Positions 41,000 to 53,600 of a DNA stretch of 64,000 bases are shown here, one piece after another. The translations under genes were made by a program, and so were the position numbers. The notes under the pieces were generated by a model. It did not search any database and was not told the origin of the DNA. It saw only the letters and a list, made by a program, of their open reading frames with translations. The DNA is from the human T2T-CHM13v2.0 reference genome, Homo sapiens. The DNA lies in assembly GCF_009914755.1 (NCBI RefSeq), contig NC_060943.1. One strand, given 5' to 3'. The number at the start of each line of letters is the position of its first letter. Position 1 is the stretch's first letter.

Positions 41000-43900
41000 G
41001 ATTCTCAGAAACTCCTTTGTGATGTGTGCGTTCAACTCACAGAGTTTAACCTTTCTTTTCATAGAGCAGTTAGGAAACACTCTGTTTGTAAAGTCTGCAA
41101 GTGGATATTCAGACATCCTTGAGGCTTTCGTTGGAAACGGGATTTCTTCATATTCTGCTAGAAAGAAGAATTCTCAGTAACTTCCTTGTGTTGTGTGTAT
41201 TCAACTCACAGAGTTGAACGATCCTTTACACAGAGCAGACTTGAAACACTCTTTTTGTGGAATTTGCAAGTGGAGATTTCAGCCGCTTTGAGGTCAATGG
41301 TAGAATAGGAAATATCTTCCTATAGAAACTAGACAGAATGATTCTCAGAAACTCCTTTGTGATGTGTGCGTTCAACTCACAGAGTTTAACCTTTCTTTTC
41401 ATAGAGCAGTTGGGAAACACTCTGTTTATAAAGTCTGCAAGTAGATATTCAGACATCCTTGAGGCTTTCGTTGGAAACGGGATTTCTTAATATTCTGGTA
41501 GAAAGAAGAATTCTCAGTAACTTCCTTGTGTTGTGTGCATTCAACTCACAGAGTTGAACGATCCTTTACACAGAGCAGACTTGAAACACTCTTTTTGTGG
41601 AATTTGCAAGTGGAGATTTCAGCCGCTTTGAGGTCAATGGTAGAATAGGAAATATCTTCCTATAGAAACTAGACAGAATGATTCTCAGAAACTCCTTTGT
41701 GATGTGTGCGTTCAACTCACAGAGTTTAACCTTTCTTTTCATAGAGCAGTTGGGAAACACTCTGTTTGTAAAGTCTGCAAGTGGATATTCAGACATCCTT
41801 GAGGCTTTCGTTGGAAAAGGGATTTCTTCATATTCTGCTAGAAAGAAGAATTCTCAGTAACTTCCTTGTGTTGTGTGTATTCAACTCACAGAGTTGAACG
41901 ATCCTTTACACAGAGCAGACTTGAAACACTCTTTTTGTGGAATTTGCAAGTGGAGATTTCAGCCGCTTTGAGGTCAATGGTAGAATAGGAAATATCTTCC
42001 TATAGAAACTAGACAGAATGATTCTCAGAAACTCCTTTGTGATGTGTGCGTTCAACTCACACAGTTTAACCTTTCTTTTCATAGAGCAGTTAGGAAACAC
42101 TCTGTTTGTAAAGTCTGCAAGTGGATATTCAGACCTCCTTGAGGCCTTCGTTGGAAACGGGATTTCTTCATATTATGCTAGACAGAAGAATTCTCAGTAA
42201 CTTCCTTGTGTTGTGTGTATTCAACTCACAGAGTTGAACGATCCTTTACACAGAGCAGACTTGAAACACTCTTTTTGTGGAATTTGCAAGTGGAGATTTC
42301 AGCCGCTTTGAGTTCAATGGTAGAATAGTAAATATCTTCCTATAGAAACTAGACAGAATGATTCTCAGAAACTCCTTTGTGATGTGTGCGTTCAACTCAC
42401 AGAGTTCAACCTTTCTTTTCATAGAGCAGTTGGGAAACACTCTGTTTGTAAAGTCTGCAAGTGGATATTCAGACTTCTTTGAGGCCTTCGTTGGAAGCGG
42501 GATTTCTTCATGTTCTGCTAGACAAAAGAATTCTCAGAAACTTCCTTGTGTTGTGTGTTTTCAACTCACAGAGTTGAACGATCCTTTACACAGAGCAGAC
42601 TTGAAACACTCCTTTTGTGGAATTTGCAAGTGGAGATTTCAGCTGCTTTGAGGTCAATGGTAGAATAGGAAATATCTTCCTATAGAAAGTAGACAGAATG
42701 ATTCTCAGAAACTCCTTTGTGATGTGTGCGTTCAACTCACAGAGTTTAACCTTTCTTTTCATAGAGCAGTTAGGAAACACTCTGTTTGTAAAGTCTGCAA
42801 GTGGATATTCAGACCTCCTTGAGGCCTTCGTTGGAAACGGGATTTCTTCATATTATGCTAGACAGAAGAATTCTCAGTAACTTCCTTGTGTTGTGTGTAT
42901 TCAACTCACAGAGTTGAACGATCCTTTACACAGAGCAGACTTGAAACACTCTTTTTGTGGAATTTGCAAGTGGAGATTTCAGCCGCTGTGAGTTCAATGG
43001 TAGAATAGGAAATATCTTCCTATAGAAACTAGACAGAATGATTCTCAGAAACTCCTTTGTGATGTGTGCGTTCAACTCACAGAGTTCAACCTTTCTTTTC
43101 ATAGAGCAGTTGGGAAACACTCTGTTTGTAAAGTCTGCAAGTGGATATTCAGACTTCTTTGAGGCCTTCGTTGGAAGCGGGATTTCTTCATGTTCTGCTA
43201 GACAGAAGAATTCTCAGAAACTTCCTTGTGTTGTGTGTTTTCAACTCACAGAGTTGAACGATCCTTTACACAGAGCAGACTTGAAACACTCCTTTTGTGG
43301 AATTTGCAAGTGGAGATTTCAGCCGCTTTGAGGTCAATGGTAGAATTGGAAATATCTTCCTATAGAAACTAGACAGAATGATTCTCAGAAACTCCTTTGT
43401 GATGTGTGCGTTCAACTCACAGAGTTTAACCTTTCTTTTCATAGAGCAGTTAGGAAACACTCTGTTTGTAAAGTCTGCAAGTGGATATTCAGACATCCTT
43501 GAGGCTTTCGTTGGAAACGGGATTTCTTCATATTCTGCTAGAAAGAAGAATTCTCAGTAACTTCCTTGTGTTGTGTGTATTCAACTCACAGAGTTGAACG
43601 ATCCTTTACACAGAGCAGACTTGAAACACTCTTTTTGTGGAATTTGCAAGTGGAGATTTCAGCCGCTTTGAGGTCAATGGTAGAATAGGAAATATCTTCC
43701 TATAGAAACTAGACAGAATGATTCTCAGAAACTCCTTTGTGATGTGTGCGTTCAACTCACAGAGTTTAACCTTTCTTTTCATAGAGCAGTTGGGAAACAC
43801 TCTGTTTGTAAAGTCTGCAAGTAGATATTCAGACATCCTTGAGGCTTTCGTTGGAAACGGGATTTCTTCATATTCTGCTAGAAAGAAGAATTCTCAGTAA

Positions 43901-45060
43901 CTTCCTTGTGTTGTGTGTATTCAACTCACAGAGTTGAACGATCCTTTACACAGAGCAGACTTGAAACACTCTTTTTGTGGAATTTGCAAGTGGAGATTTC
44001 AGCCGCTTTGAGGTCAATGGTAGAATAGGAAATATCTTCCTATAGAAACTAGACAGAATGATTCTCAGAAACTCCTTTGTGATGTGTGCGTTCAACTCAC
44101 AGAGTTTAACCTTTCTTTTCATAGAGCAGTTGGGAAACACTCTGTTTGTAAAGTCTGCAAGTGGATACTCAGACATCCTTGAGGCTTTCGTTGGAAAAGG
44201 GATTTCTTCATATTCTGCTAGAAAGAAGAATTCTCAGTAACTTCCTTGTGTTGTGTGTATTCAACTCACAGAGTTGAACGATCCTTTACACAGAGCAGAC
44301 TTGAAACACTCTTTTTGTGGAATTTGCAAGTGGAGATTTCAGCCGCTTTGAGGTCAATGGTAGAATAGGAAATATCTTCCTATAGAAACTAGACAGAATG
44401 ATTCTCAGAAACTCCTTTGTGATGTGTGCGTTGAACTCACACAGTTTAACCTTTCTTTTCATAGAGCAGTTAGGAAACACTCTGTTTGTAAAGTCTGCAA
44501 GTGGATATTCAGACCTCCTTGAGGCCTTCGTTGGAAACGGGATTTCTTCATATTATGCTAGACAGAAGAATTCTCAGTAACTTCCTTGTGTTGTGTGTAT
44601 TCAACTCACAGAGTTGAACGATCCTTTACACAGAGCAGACTTGAAACACTCTTTTTGTGGAATTTGCAAGTGGAGATTTCAGCCGCTTTGAGTTCAATGG
44701 TAGAATAGGAAATATCTTCCTATAGAAACTAGACAGAATGATTCTCAGAAACTCCTTTGTGATGTGTGCGTTCAACTCACAGAGTTCAACCTTTCTTTTC
44801 ATAGAGCAGTTGGGAAACACTCTGTTTGTAAAGTCTGCAAGTGGATATTCAGACTTCTTTGAGGCCTTCGTTGGAAGCGGGATTTCTTCATGTTCTGCTA
44901 GACAGAAGAATTCTCAGAAACTTCCTTGTGTTGTGTGTTTTCAACTCACAGAGTTGAACGATCCTTTACACAGAGCAGACTTGAAACACTCCTTTTGTGG
45001 AATTTGCAAGTGGAGATTTCAGCCGCTTTGAGGTCAATGGTAGAATAGGAAATATCTTCC
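41000..45060 (+). repeat. Partial duplication with a 7-dimer period (offset 2380)
   Basis: GTAGATATTC at ~41443/43823, broken box GGAAAAGGG at 41818/44198, and CACACAG L-dimers at 42018/44398. Confidence 0.8.
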
Positions 45061-48000
45061 TATAGAAAGTAGACAGAATGATTCTCAGAAACTCCTTTGT
45101 GATGTGTGCGTTCAACTCACAGAGTTTAACCTTTCTTTTCATAGAGCAGTTAGGAAACACTCTGTTTGTAAAGTCTGCAAGTGGATATTCAGACCTCCTT
45201 GAGGCCTTCGTTGGAAGCGGGATTTCTTCATGTTCAGCTAGACAGAAGAATTCTCAGAAACTTCCTTGTGTTGTGTGTTTTCAACTCACAGAGTTGAACG
45301 ATCCTTTACACAGAGCAGACTTGAAACACTCCTTTTGTGGAATTTGCAAGTGGAGATTTCAGCCGCTTTGAGGTCAATGGTAGAATAGGAAATATCTTCC
45401 TATAGAAACTAGACAGAATGATTCTGAGAAATCCTTTGTGATGTGTGCGTTCAACTCACAGAGTTTAACCTTTCTTTTCATAGAGCAGTTAGTAAACACT
45501 CTGTTTTTAAAGTCTTCAAGTGGATATTCAGACCTCCTTGAGGCCTTCGTTGGAAACGGGATTTCTTCATATTATGCTAGACAGAGGAATTCTCAGGAAC
45601 TTCCTTGTGTTGTGTGTATTCAACTCACAGAGTTGAACGATCCTTTACACAGAGCAGACTTGAAACACTCTTTTTGTGGAATTTGCAAGTGGAGATTTCA
45701 GCCGCTTTGAGTTCAAAGGTAGAATAGGAAATATCTTCCTATAGAAAGTACACAGAATGATTCTCAGAAACTGCTTTGTGATGTGTGCGTTCAACTCACA
45801 GAGTTCAACCTTTCTTTTCATAGAGCAGTTGGGAAACACTCTGTTTGTAAAGTCTGCAAGTGGATATTCAGACTTCTTTGAGGCCTTCGTTGGAAGCGGG
45901 ATTTCTTCATATTCTGCTAGACAGAAGAATTCTCAGTAACTTCCTTGTGTTGTGTGTATTCAACTCACAGAGTTGAACGATCCTTTACACAGAGCAGACT
46001 TGAAACACTCTTTTTGTGGAATTTGCAAGTGGAGATTTCAGCCGCTTTGAGGTCAATGGTAGAATAGGAAATATCTTCCTATAGAAACTAGACAGAATGA
46101 TTCTCAGAAACTCCTTTGTGATGTGTGCGTTCAACTCACAGAGTTCAACCTTTCTTTTCATAGAGCAGTTGGGAAACACTCTGTTTGTAAAGTCTGCAAG
46201 TGGATATTCAGACTTCTTTGAGGCCTTCGTTGGAAGCGGGATTTCTTCATGTTCTGCTAGACAGAAGAATTCTCAGAAACTTCCTTGTGTTGTGTGTTTT
46301 CAACTCACAGAGTTGAACGATCCTTTACACAGAGCAGACTTGAAACACTCCTTTTGTGGAATTTGCAAGTGGAGATTTCAGCCGCTTTGAGGTCAATGGT
46401 AGAATAGGAAATATCTTCCTATAGAAAGTAGACAGAATGATTCTCAGAAACTCCTTTGTGATGTGTGCGTTCAACTCACAGAGTTTAACCTTTCTTTTCA
46501 TAGAGCAGTTAGGAAACACTCTGTTTGTAAAGTCTGCAAGTGGATATTCAGACCTCCTTGAGGCCTTCGTTGGAAACGGGATTTCTTCATATTCTGCTAG
46601 ACAGAAGAATTCTCAGTAACTTCCTTGTGTTGTGTGCATTCAACTCACAGAGTTGAACGATCCTTTACACAGAGCAGACTTGAAACACTCTTTTTGTGGA
46701 ATTTGCAAGTGGAGATTTCAGCCGCTTTGAGTTCAATGGTAGAATAGGAAATATCTTCCTATAGAAACTAGACAGAATGATTCTCAGAAACTCCTTTGTG
46801 ATGTGTGCGTTCAACTCACAGAGTTCAACCTTTCTTTTCATAGAGCAGTTGGGAAACACTCTGTTTGTAAAGTCTGCAAGTGGATATTCAGACTTCTTTG
46901 AGGCCTTCGTTGGAAGCGGGATTTCTTCATATTCTGCTAGAGAGAAGAATTCTCAGTAACTGCCTTGTGTTGTGTGTATTCAACTCACAGAGTTGAACGA
47001 TCCTTTACACAGAGCAGACTTGAAACACTCTTTTTGTGGAATTTGCAAGTGGAGATTTCAGCCGCTTTGAGGTCAATGGTAGAATAGGAAATATCTTCCT
47101 ATAGAAACTAGACAGAATGATTCTCAGAAACTCCTTTGTGATGTGTGCGTTCAACTCACAGAGTTCAACCTTTCTTTTCATAGAGCAGTTGGGAAACACT
47201 CTGTTTGTAAAGTCTGCAAGTGGATATTCAGACTTCTTTGAGGCCTTCGTTGGAAGCGGGATTTCTTCATATTCTGCTAGACAGAAGAATTCTCAGTAAC
47301 TGCCTTGTGTTGTGTGTATTCAACTCACACAGTTGAACGATCCTTTACACAGAGCAGACTTGAAACACTCTTTTTGTGGAATTTGCAAGTGGAGATTTCA
47401 GCCGCTTTGAGGTCAATGGTAGAATAGGAAATATCTTCCTATAGAAACTAGACAGAATGATTCTCAGAAACTCCTTTGTGATGTGTGCGTTCAACTCACA
47501 GAGTTTATCCTTTCTTTTCATAGAGCAGTTGGGAAACACTCTGTTTGTAAAGTCTGCAAGTGGATATTCAGACATCCTTGAGGCTTTCGTTGGAAACGGG
47601 ATTTCTTCATATTCTGCTAGAAAGAAGAATTCTCAGTAACTTCCTTGTGTTGTGTGTATTCAACTCACAGAGTTGAACGATCCTTTACACAGAGCAGACT
47701 TGAAACACTCTTTTTGTGGAATTTGCAAGTGGAGATTTCAGCCGCTTTGAGGTCAATGGTAGAATAGGAAATATCTTCCTATAGAAACTAGACAGAATGA
47801 TTCTCAGAAACTCCTTTGTGATGTGTGCGTTCAACTCACAGAGTTTAACCTTTCTTTTCATAGAGCAGTTGGGAAACACTCTGTTTGTAAAGTCTGCAAG
47901 TGGATATTCAGACATCCTTGAGGCTTTCGTTGGAAACGGGATTTCTTCATATTCTGCTAGAAAGAAGAATTCTCAGTAACTTCCTTGTGTTGTGTGTATT

Positions 48001-50699
48001 CAACTCACAGAGTTGAACGATCCTTTACACAGAGCAGACTTGAAACACTCTTTTTGTGGAATTTGCAAGTGGAGATTTCAGCCGCTTTGAGGTCAATGGT
48101 AGAATAGGAAATATCTTCCTATAGAAACTAGACAGAATGATTCTCAGAAACTCCTTTGTGATGTGTGCGTTCAACTCACAGAGTTCAACCTTTCTTTTCA
48201 TAGAGCAGTTGGGAAACACTCTGTTTGTAAAGTCTGCAAGTGGATATTCAGACTTCTTTGAGGCCTTCGTTGGAAGCGGGATTTCTTCATGTTCTGCTAG
48301 ACAGAAGAATTCTTAGAAACTTCCTTGTGTTGTGTGTTTTCAACTCACAGAGTTGAACGATCCTTTACACAGAGCAGACTTGAAACACTCTTTTTGTGGA
48401 ATTTGCAAGTGGAGATTTCAGCCGCTTTGAGGTCAATGGTAGAATAGGAAATATCTTCCTATAGAAAGTAGACAGAATGATTCTCAGAAACTCCTTTGTG
48501 ATGTGTGCGTTCAACTCACAGAGTTTAACCTTTCTTTTCATAGAGCAGTTAGGAAACACTCTGTTTGTAAAGTCTGCAAGTGGATATTCAGACCTCCTTG
48601 AGGCCTTCGTTGGAAACGGGATTTCTTCATATTCTGCTAGACAGAAGAATTCTCAGTAACTTCCTTGTGTTGTGTGTATTCAACTCACAGAGTTGAACGA
48701 TCCTTTACACAGAGCAGACTTGAAACACTCTTTTTGTGGAATTTGCAAGTGGAGATTTCAGCCGCTTTGAGGTCAATGGTAGAATAGGAAATATCTTCCT
48801 ATAGAAACTAGACAGAATGATTCTCAGAAACTCCTTTGTGATGTGTGCGTTCAACTCACAGAGTTCAACCTTTCTTTTCATAGAGCAGTTGGGAAACACT
48901 CTGTTTGTAAAGTCTGCAAGTGGATATTCAGAACTCCTTGAGGCCTTCGTTGGAAGCGGGATTTCTTCATGTTCAGCTAGACAGAAGAATTCTCAGAAAC
49001 TTCCTTGTGTTGTGTGTTTTCAACTCACAGAGTTGAACGATCCTTTACACAGAGCAGACTTGAAACACTCCTTTTGTGGAATTTGCAAGTGGAGATTTCA
49101 GCCGCTTTGAGGTCAATGGTAGAATAGGAAATATCTTCCTATAGAAACTAGACAGAATGATTCTCAGAAACTCCTTTGTGATGTGTGCGTTCAACTCACA
49201 GAGTTTAACATTCCTTTTCATAGAGCAGTTAGGAAACACTCTGTTTGTAAAGTCTGCAAGTGGATATTCAGACATCCTTGAGGCTTTCGTTGGAAACGGG
49301 ATTTCTTCATATTCTGCTAGAAAGAAGAATTCTCAGTAACTTCCTTGTGTTGTGTGTATTCAACTCACAGAGTTGAACGATCCTTTACACAGAGCAGACT
49401 TGAAACACTCTTTTTGTGGAATTTGCAAGTGGAGATTTCAGCCGCTTTGAGTTCAATGGTAGAATAGGAAATATCTTCCTATAGAAACTAGACAGAATGA
49501 TTCTCAGAAACTCCTTTGTGATGTGTGCGTTCAACTCACAGAGTTTAACCTTTCTTTTCATAGAGCAGTTGGGAAACACTCTGTTTGTAAAGTCTGCAAG
49601 TGGATATTCAGACATCTTTGAGGCTTTCGTTGGAAACGGGATTTCTTCATATTCTGCTAGAAAGAAGAATTCTCAGTAACTTCCTTGTGTTGTGTGTATT
49701 CAACTCACAGAGTTGAACGATCCTTTACACAGAGCAGACTTGAAACACTCTTTTTGTGGAATTTGCAAGTGGAGATTTCAGCCGCTTTGAGTTCAATGGT
49801 AGAATAGGAAATATCTTCCTATAGAAACTAGACAGAATGATTCTCAGAAACTCCTTTGTGATGTGTGCGTTCAACTCACAGAGTTCAACCTTTCTTTTAA
49901 TAGAGCAGTTGGGAAACACTCTGTTTGTAAAGTCTGCAAGTGGATATTCAGACTTCTTTGAGGCCTTCGTTGGAAGCGGGATTTCTTCATATTCTGCTAG
50001 ACAGAAGAATTCTCATAAACCTCCTTGTGTTGTGTGTATTCAACTCACAGAGTTGAACGATCCTTTACAGAGAGCAGACTTGAAACACTCTTTTTGTGGA
50101 ATTTGCAAGTGGAGATTTCAGCCGCTTTGAGGTCAATGGTAGAATAGGAAATATCTTCCGATAGAAACTAGACAGAATGATTCTCAGAAACTCCTTTGTG
50201 ATGTGTGCGTTCAACTCACAGAGTTTAACCTTTCTTTTCATAGAGCAGTTAGGAAACACTCTGTTTGTAAAGTCTGCAAGTGGATATTCAGACATCCTTG
50301 AGGCTTTCGTTGGAAACGGGATTTCTTCATATTCTGCTAGAAAGAAGAATTCTCAGTAACTTCCTTGTGTTGTGTGTATTCAACTCACAGAGTTGAACGA
50401 TCCTTTACACAGAGCAGACTTGAAACACTCTTTTTGTGGAATTTGCAAGTGGAGATTTCAGCCGCTTTGAGGTCAATGGTAGAATAGGAAATATCTTCCT
50501 ATAGAAACTAGACAGAATGATTCTCAGAAACTCCTTTGTGATGTGTGCGTTCATCTCACAGAGTTTAACCTTTCTTTTCATAGAGCAGTTGGGAAACACT
50601 CTGTTTGTAAAGTCTGCAAGTGGATATTCAGACATCCTTGAGGCTTTCGTTGGAAACGGGATTTCTTCATATTCTGCTAGAAAGAAGAATTCTCAGTAA

Positions 50700-53600
50700 C
50701 TTCCTTGTGTTGTGTGTATTCAACTCACAGAGTTGAACGATCCTTTACACAGAGCAGACTTGAAACACTCTTTTTGCGGAATTTGCAAGTGGAGATTTCA
50801 GCCGCTTTGAGGTCAATGGTAGAATAGGAAATATCTTCCTATAGAAACTAGACAGAATGATTCTCAGAAACTCCTTTGTGATGTGTGCGTTCAACTCACA
50901 CAGTTTAACCTTTCTTTTCATAGAGCAGTTGGGAAACACTCTGTTTGTAAAGTCTGCAAGTGGATATTCAGACCTCCTTGAGGCCTTCGTTGGAAACGGG
51001 ATTTCTTCATATTATGCTAGACAGAAGAATTCTCAGTAACTTCCTTGTGTTGTGTGTATTCAACTCACAGAGTTGAACGATCCTTTACACAGAGCAGACT
51101 TGAAACACTCTTTTTGTGGAATTTGCAAGTGGAGATTTCAGCCGCTTTGAAGTCAATGGTAGAATAGGAAATATCTTCCTATAGAAACTAGACAGAATGA
51201 TTCTCAGAAACTCCTTTGTGATGTGTGCGTTCAACTCACACAGTTTAACCTTTCTTTTCATAGAGCAGTTAGGAAACACTCTGTTTGTAAAGTCTGCAAG
51301 TGGATATTCAGACCTCCTTGAGGCCTTCGTTGGAAACGGGATTTCTTCATATTATGCTAGACAGAAGAATTCTCAGTAACTTCCTTGTGTTGTGTGTATT
51401 CAACTCACAGAGTTGAACGATCCTTTACACACAGCAGACTTGAAACACTCTTTTTGTGGAATTTGCAAGTGGAGATTTCAGCCGCTTTGAGTTCAATGGT
51501 AGAATAGGAAATATCTTCCTATAGAAACTAGACAGAATGATTCTCAGAAACTCCTTTGTGATGTGTGCGTTCAACTCACAGAGTTCAACCTTTCTTTTCA
51601 TAGAGCAGTTGGGAAACACTCTGTTTCTAAAGTCTGCAAGTGGATATTCAGACTTCTTTGAGGCCTTCGTTGGAAGCGGGATTTCTTCATGTTCTGCTAG
51701 ACAGAAGAATTCTCAGAAACTTCCTTGTGTTGTGTGTTTTCAACTCACAGAGTTGAACGATCCTTTACACAGAGCAGACTTGAAACACTCCTTTTGTGGA
51801 ATTTGCAAGTGGAGATTTCAGCCGCTTTGAGGTCAATGGTAGAATAGGAAATATCTTCCTATAGAAAGTAGACAGAATGATTCTCAGAAACTCCTTTGTG
51901 ATGTGTGCGTTCAACTCACAGAGTTTAACCTTTCTTTTCATAGAGCAGTTAGGAAACACTCTGTTTGTAAAGTCTGCAAGTGGATATTCAGACCTCCTTG
52001 AGGCCTTCGTTGGAAACGGGATTTCTTCATATTATGCTAGACAGAAGAATTCTCAGTAACTTTCTTGTGTTGTGTGTATTCAACTCACAGAGTTGAACGA
52101 TCCTTTACACAGAGCAGACTTGAAACACTCTTTTTGTGGAATTTGCAAGTGGAGATTTCAGCCGCTTTGAGGTCAATGGTAGAATAGGAAATATCTTCCT
52201 ATAGAAACTAGACAGAATGATTCTCAGAAACTCCTTTGTGATGTGTGCGTTCAACTCACAGAGTTCAACCTTTCTTTTCATAGAGTAGTTGGAAAACACT
52301 CTGTTTGTAAAGTCTGCAAGTGGATATTCAGACTTCTTTGAGGCCTTCGTTGGAAGCGGGATTTCTTCATATTCTGCTAGACAGAAGAATTCTCAGTAAC
52401 TGCCTTGTGTTGTGTGTATTCAACTCACAGAGTTGAACGATCCTTTACACAGAGCAGACTTGAAACACTCTTTTTGTGGAATTTGCAAGTGGAGATTTCA
52501 GCCGCTTTGAGGTCAATGGTAGAATACGAAATATCTTCCTATAGAAACTAGACAGAATGATTCTCAGAAACTCCTTTGTGATGTGTGCGTTCAACTCACA
52601 GAGTTTACCCTTTCTTTTCATAGAGCAGTTAGGAAACACTCTGTTTGTAAAGTCTGCAAGTGGATATTCAGACATTCTTGAGGCTTTCGTTGGAAACGGG
52701 ATTTCTTCATATTCTGCTACAAAGAAGAATTCTCAGTAACTTCCTTGTGTTGTGTGTATTCAACTCACAGAGTGGAACGATCCTTTACACAGAGCAGACT
52801 TGAAACACTCTTTTTGTGGAATTTGCAAGTGGAGATTTCAGCCGCTTTGAGGTCAATGGTAGAATAGGAAATATCTTCCTATAGAAACTAGACAGAATGA
52901 TTCTCAGAAACTCCTTTGTGATGTGCGCGTTCAACTCACAGAGTTTAACCTTTCTTTTCATAGAGCAGTTAGGAAACACTCTGTTTGTAAAGTCTGCAAG
53001 TGGATATTCAGACATCCTTGAGGCTTTCGTTGGAAACGGGATTTCTTCATATTCTGCTAGAAAGAAGAATTCTCAGTAACTTCCTTGTGTTGTGTGTATT
53101 CAACTCACAGAGTTGAACGATCCTTTACACAGAGCAGACTTGAAACACTCTTTTTGTGGAATTTGCAAGTGGAGATTTCAGCCGCTTTGAGTTCAATGGT
53201 AGAATAGGAAATATCTTCCTATAGAAACTAGACAGAATCATTCTCAGAAACTCCTTTGTGATGTGTGCGTTCAACTCACAGAGTTCAACCTTTCTTTTCA
53301 TAGAGCAGTTGGGAAACACTCTGTTTGTAAAGTCTGCAAGTGGATATTCAGACTTCTTTGAGGCCTTCGTTGGAAGCGGGATTTCTTCATGTTCTGCTAG
53401 ACAGAAGAATTCTCAGTAACTGCCTTGTGTTGTGTGTATTCAACTCACAGAGTTGAACGATCCTTTACACAGAGCAGACTTGAAACACTCCTTTTGTGGA
53501 ATTTGCAAGTGGAGATTTCAGCCGCTTTGAGGTCAATGGTAGAATAGGAAATATCTTCCTATAGAAACTAGACAGAATGATTCTCAGAAACTCCTTTGTG

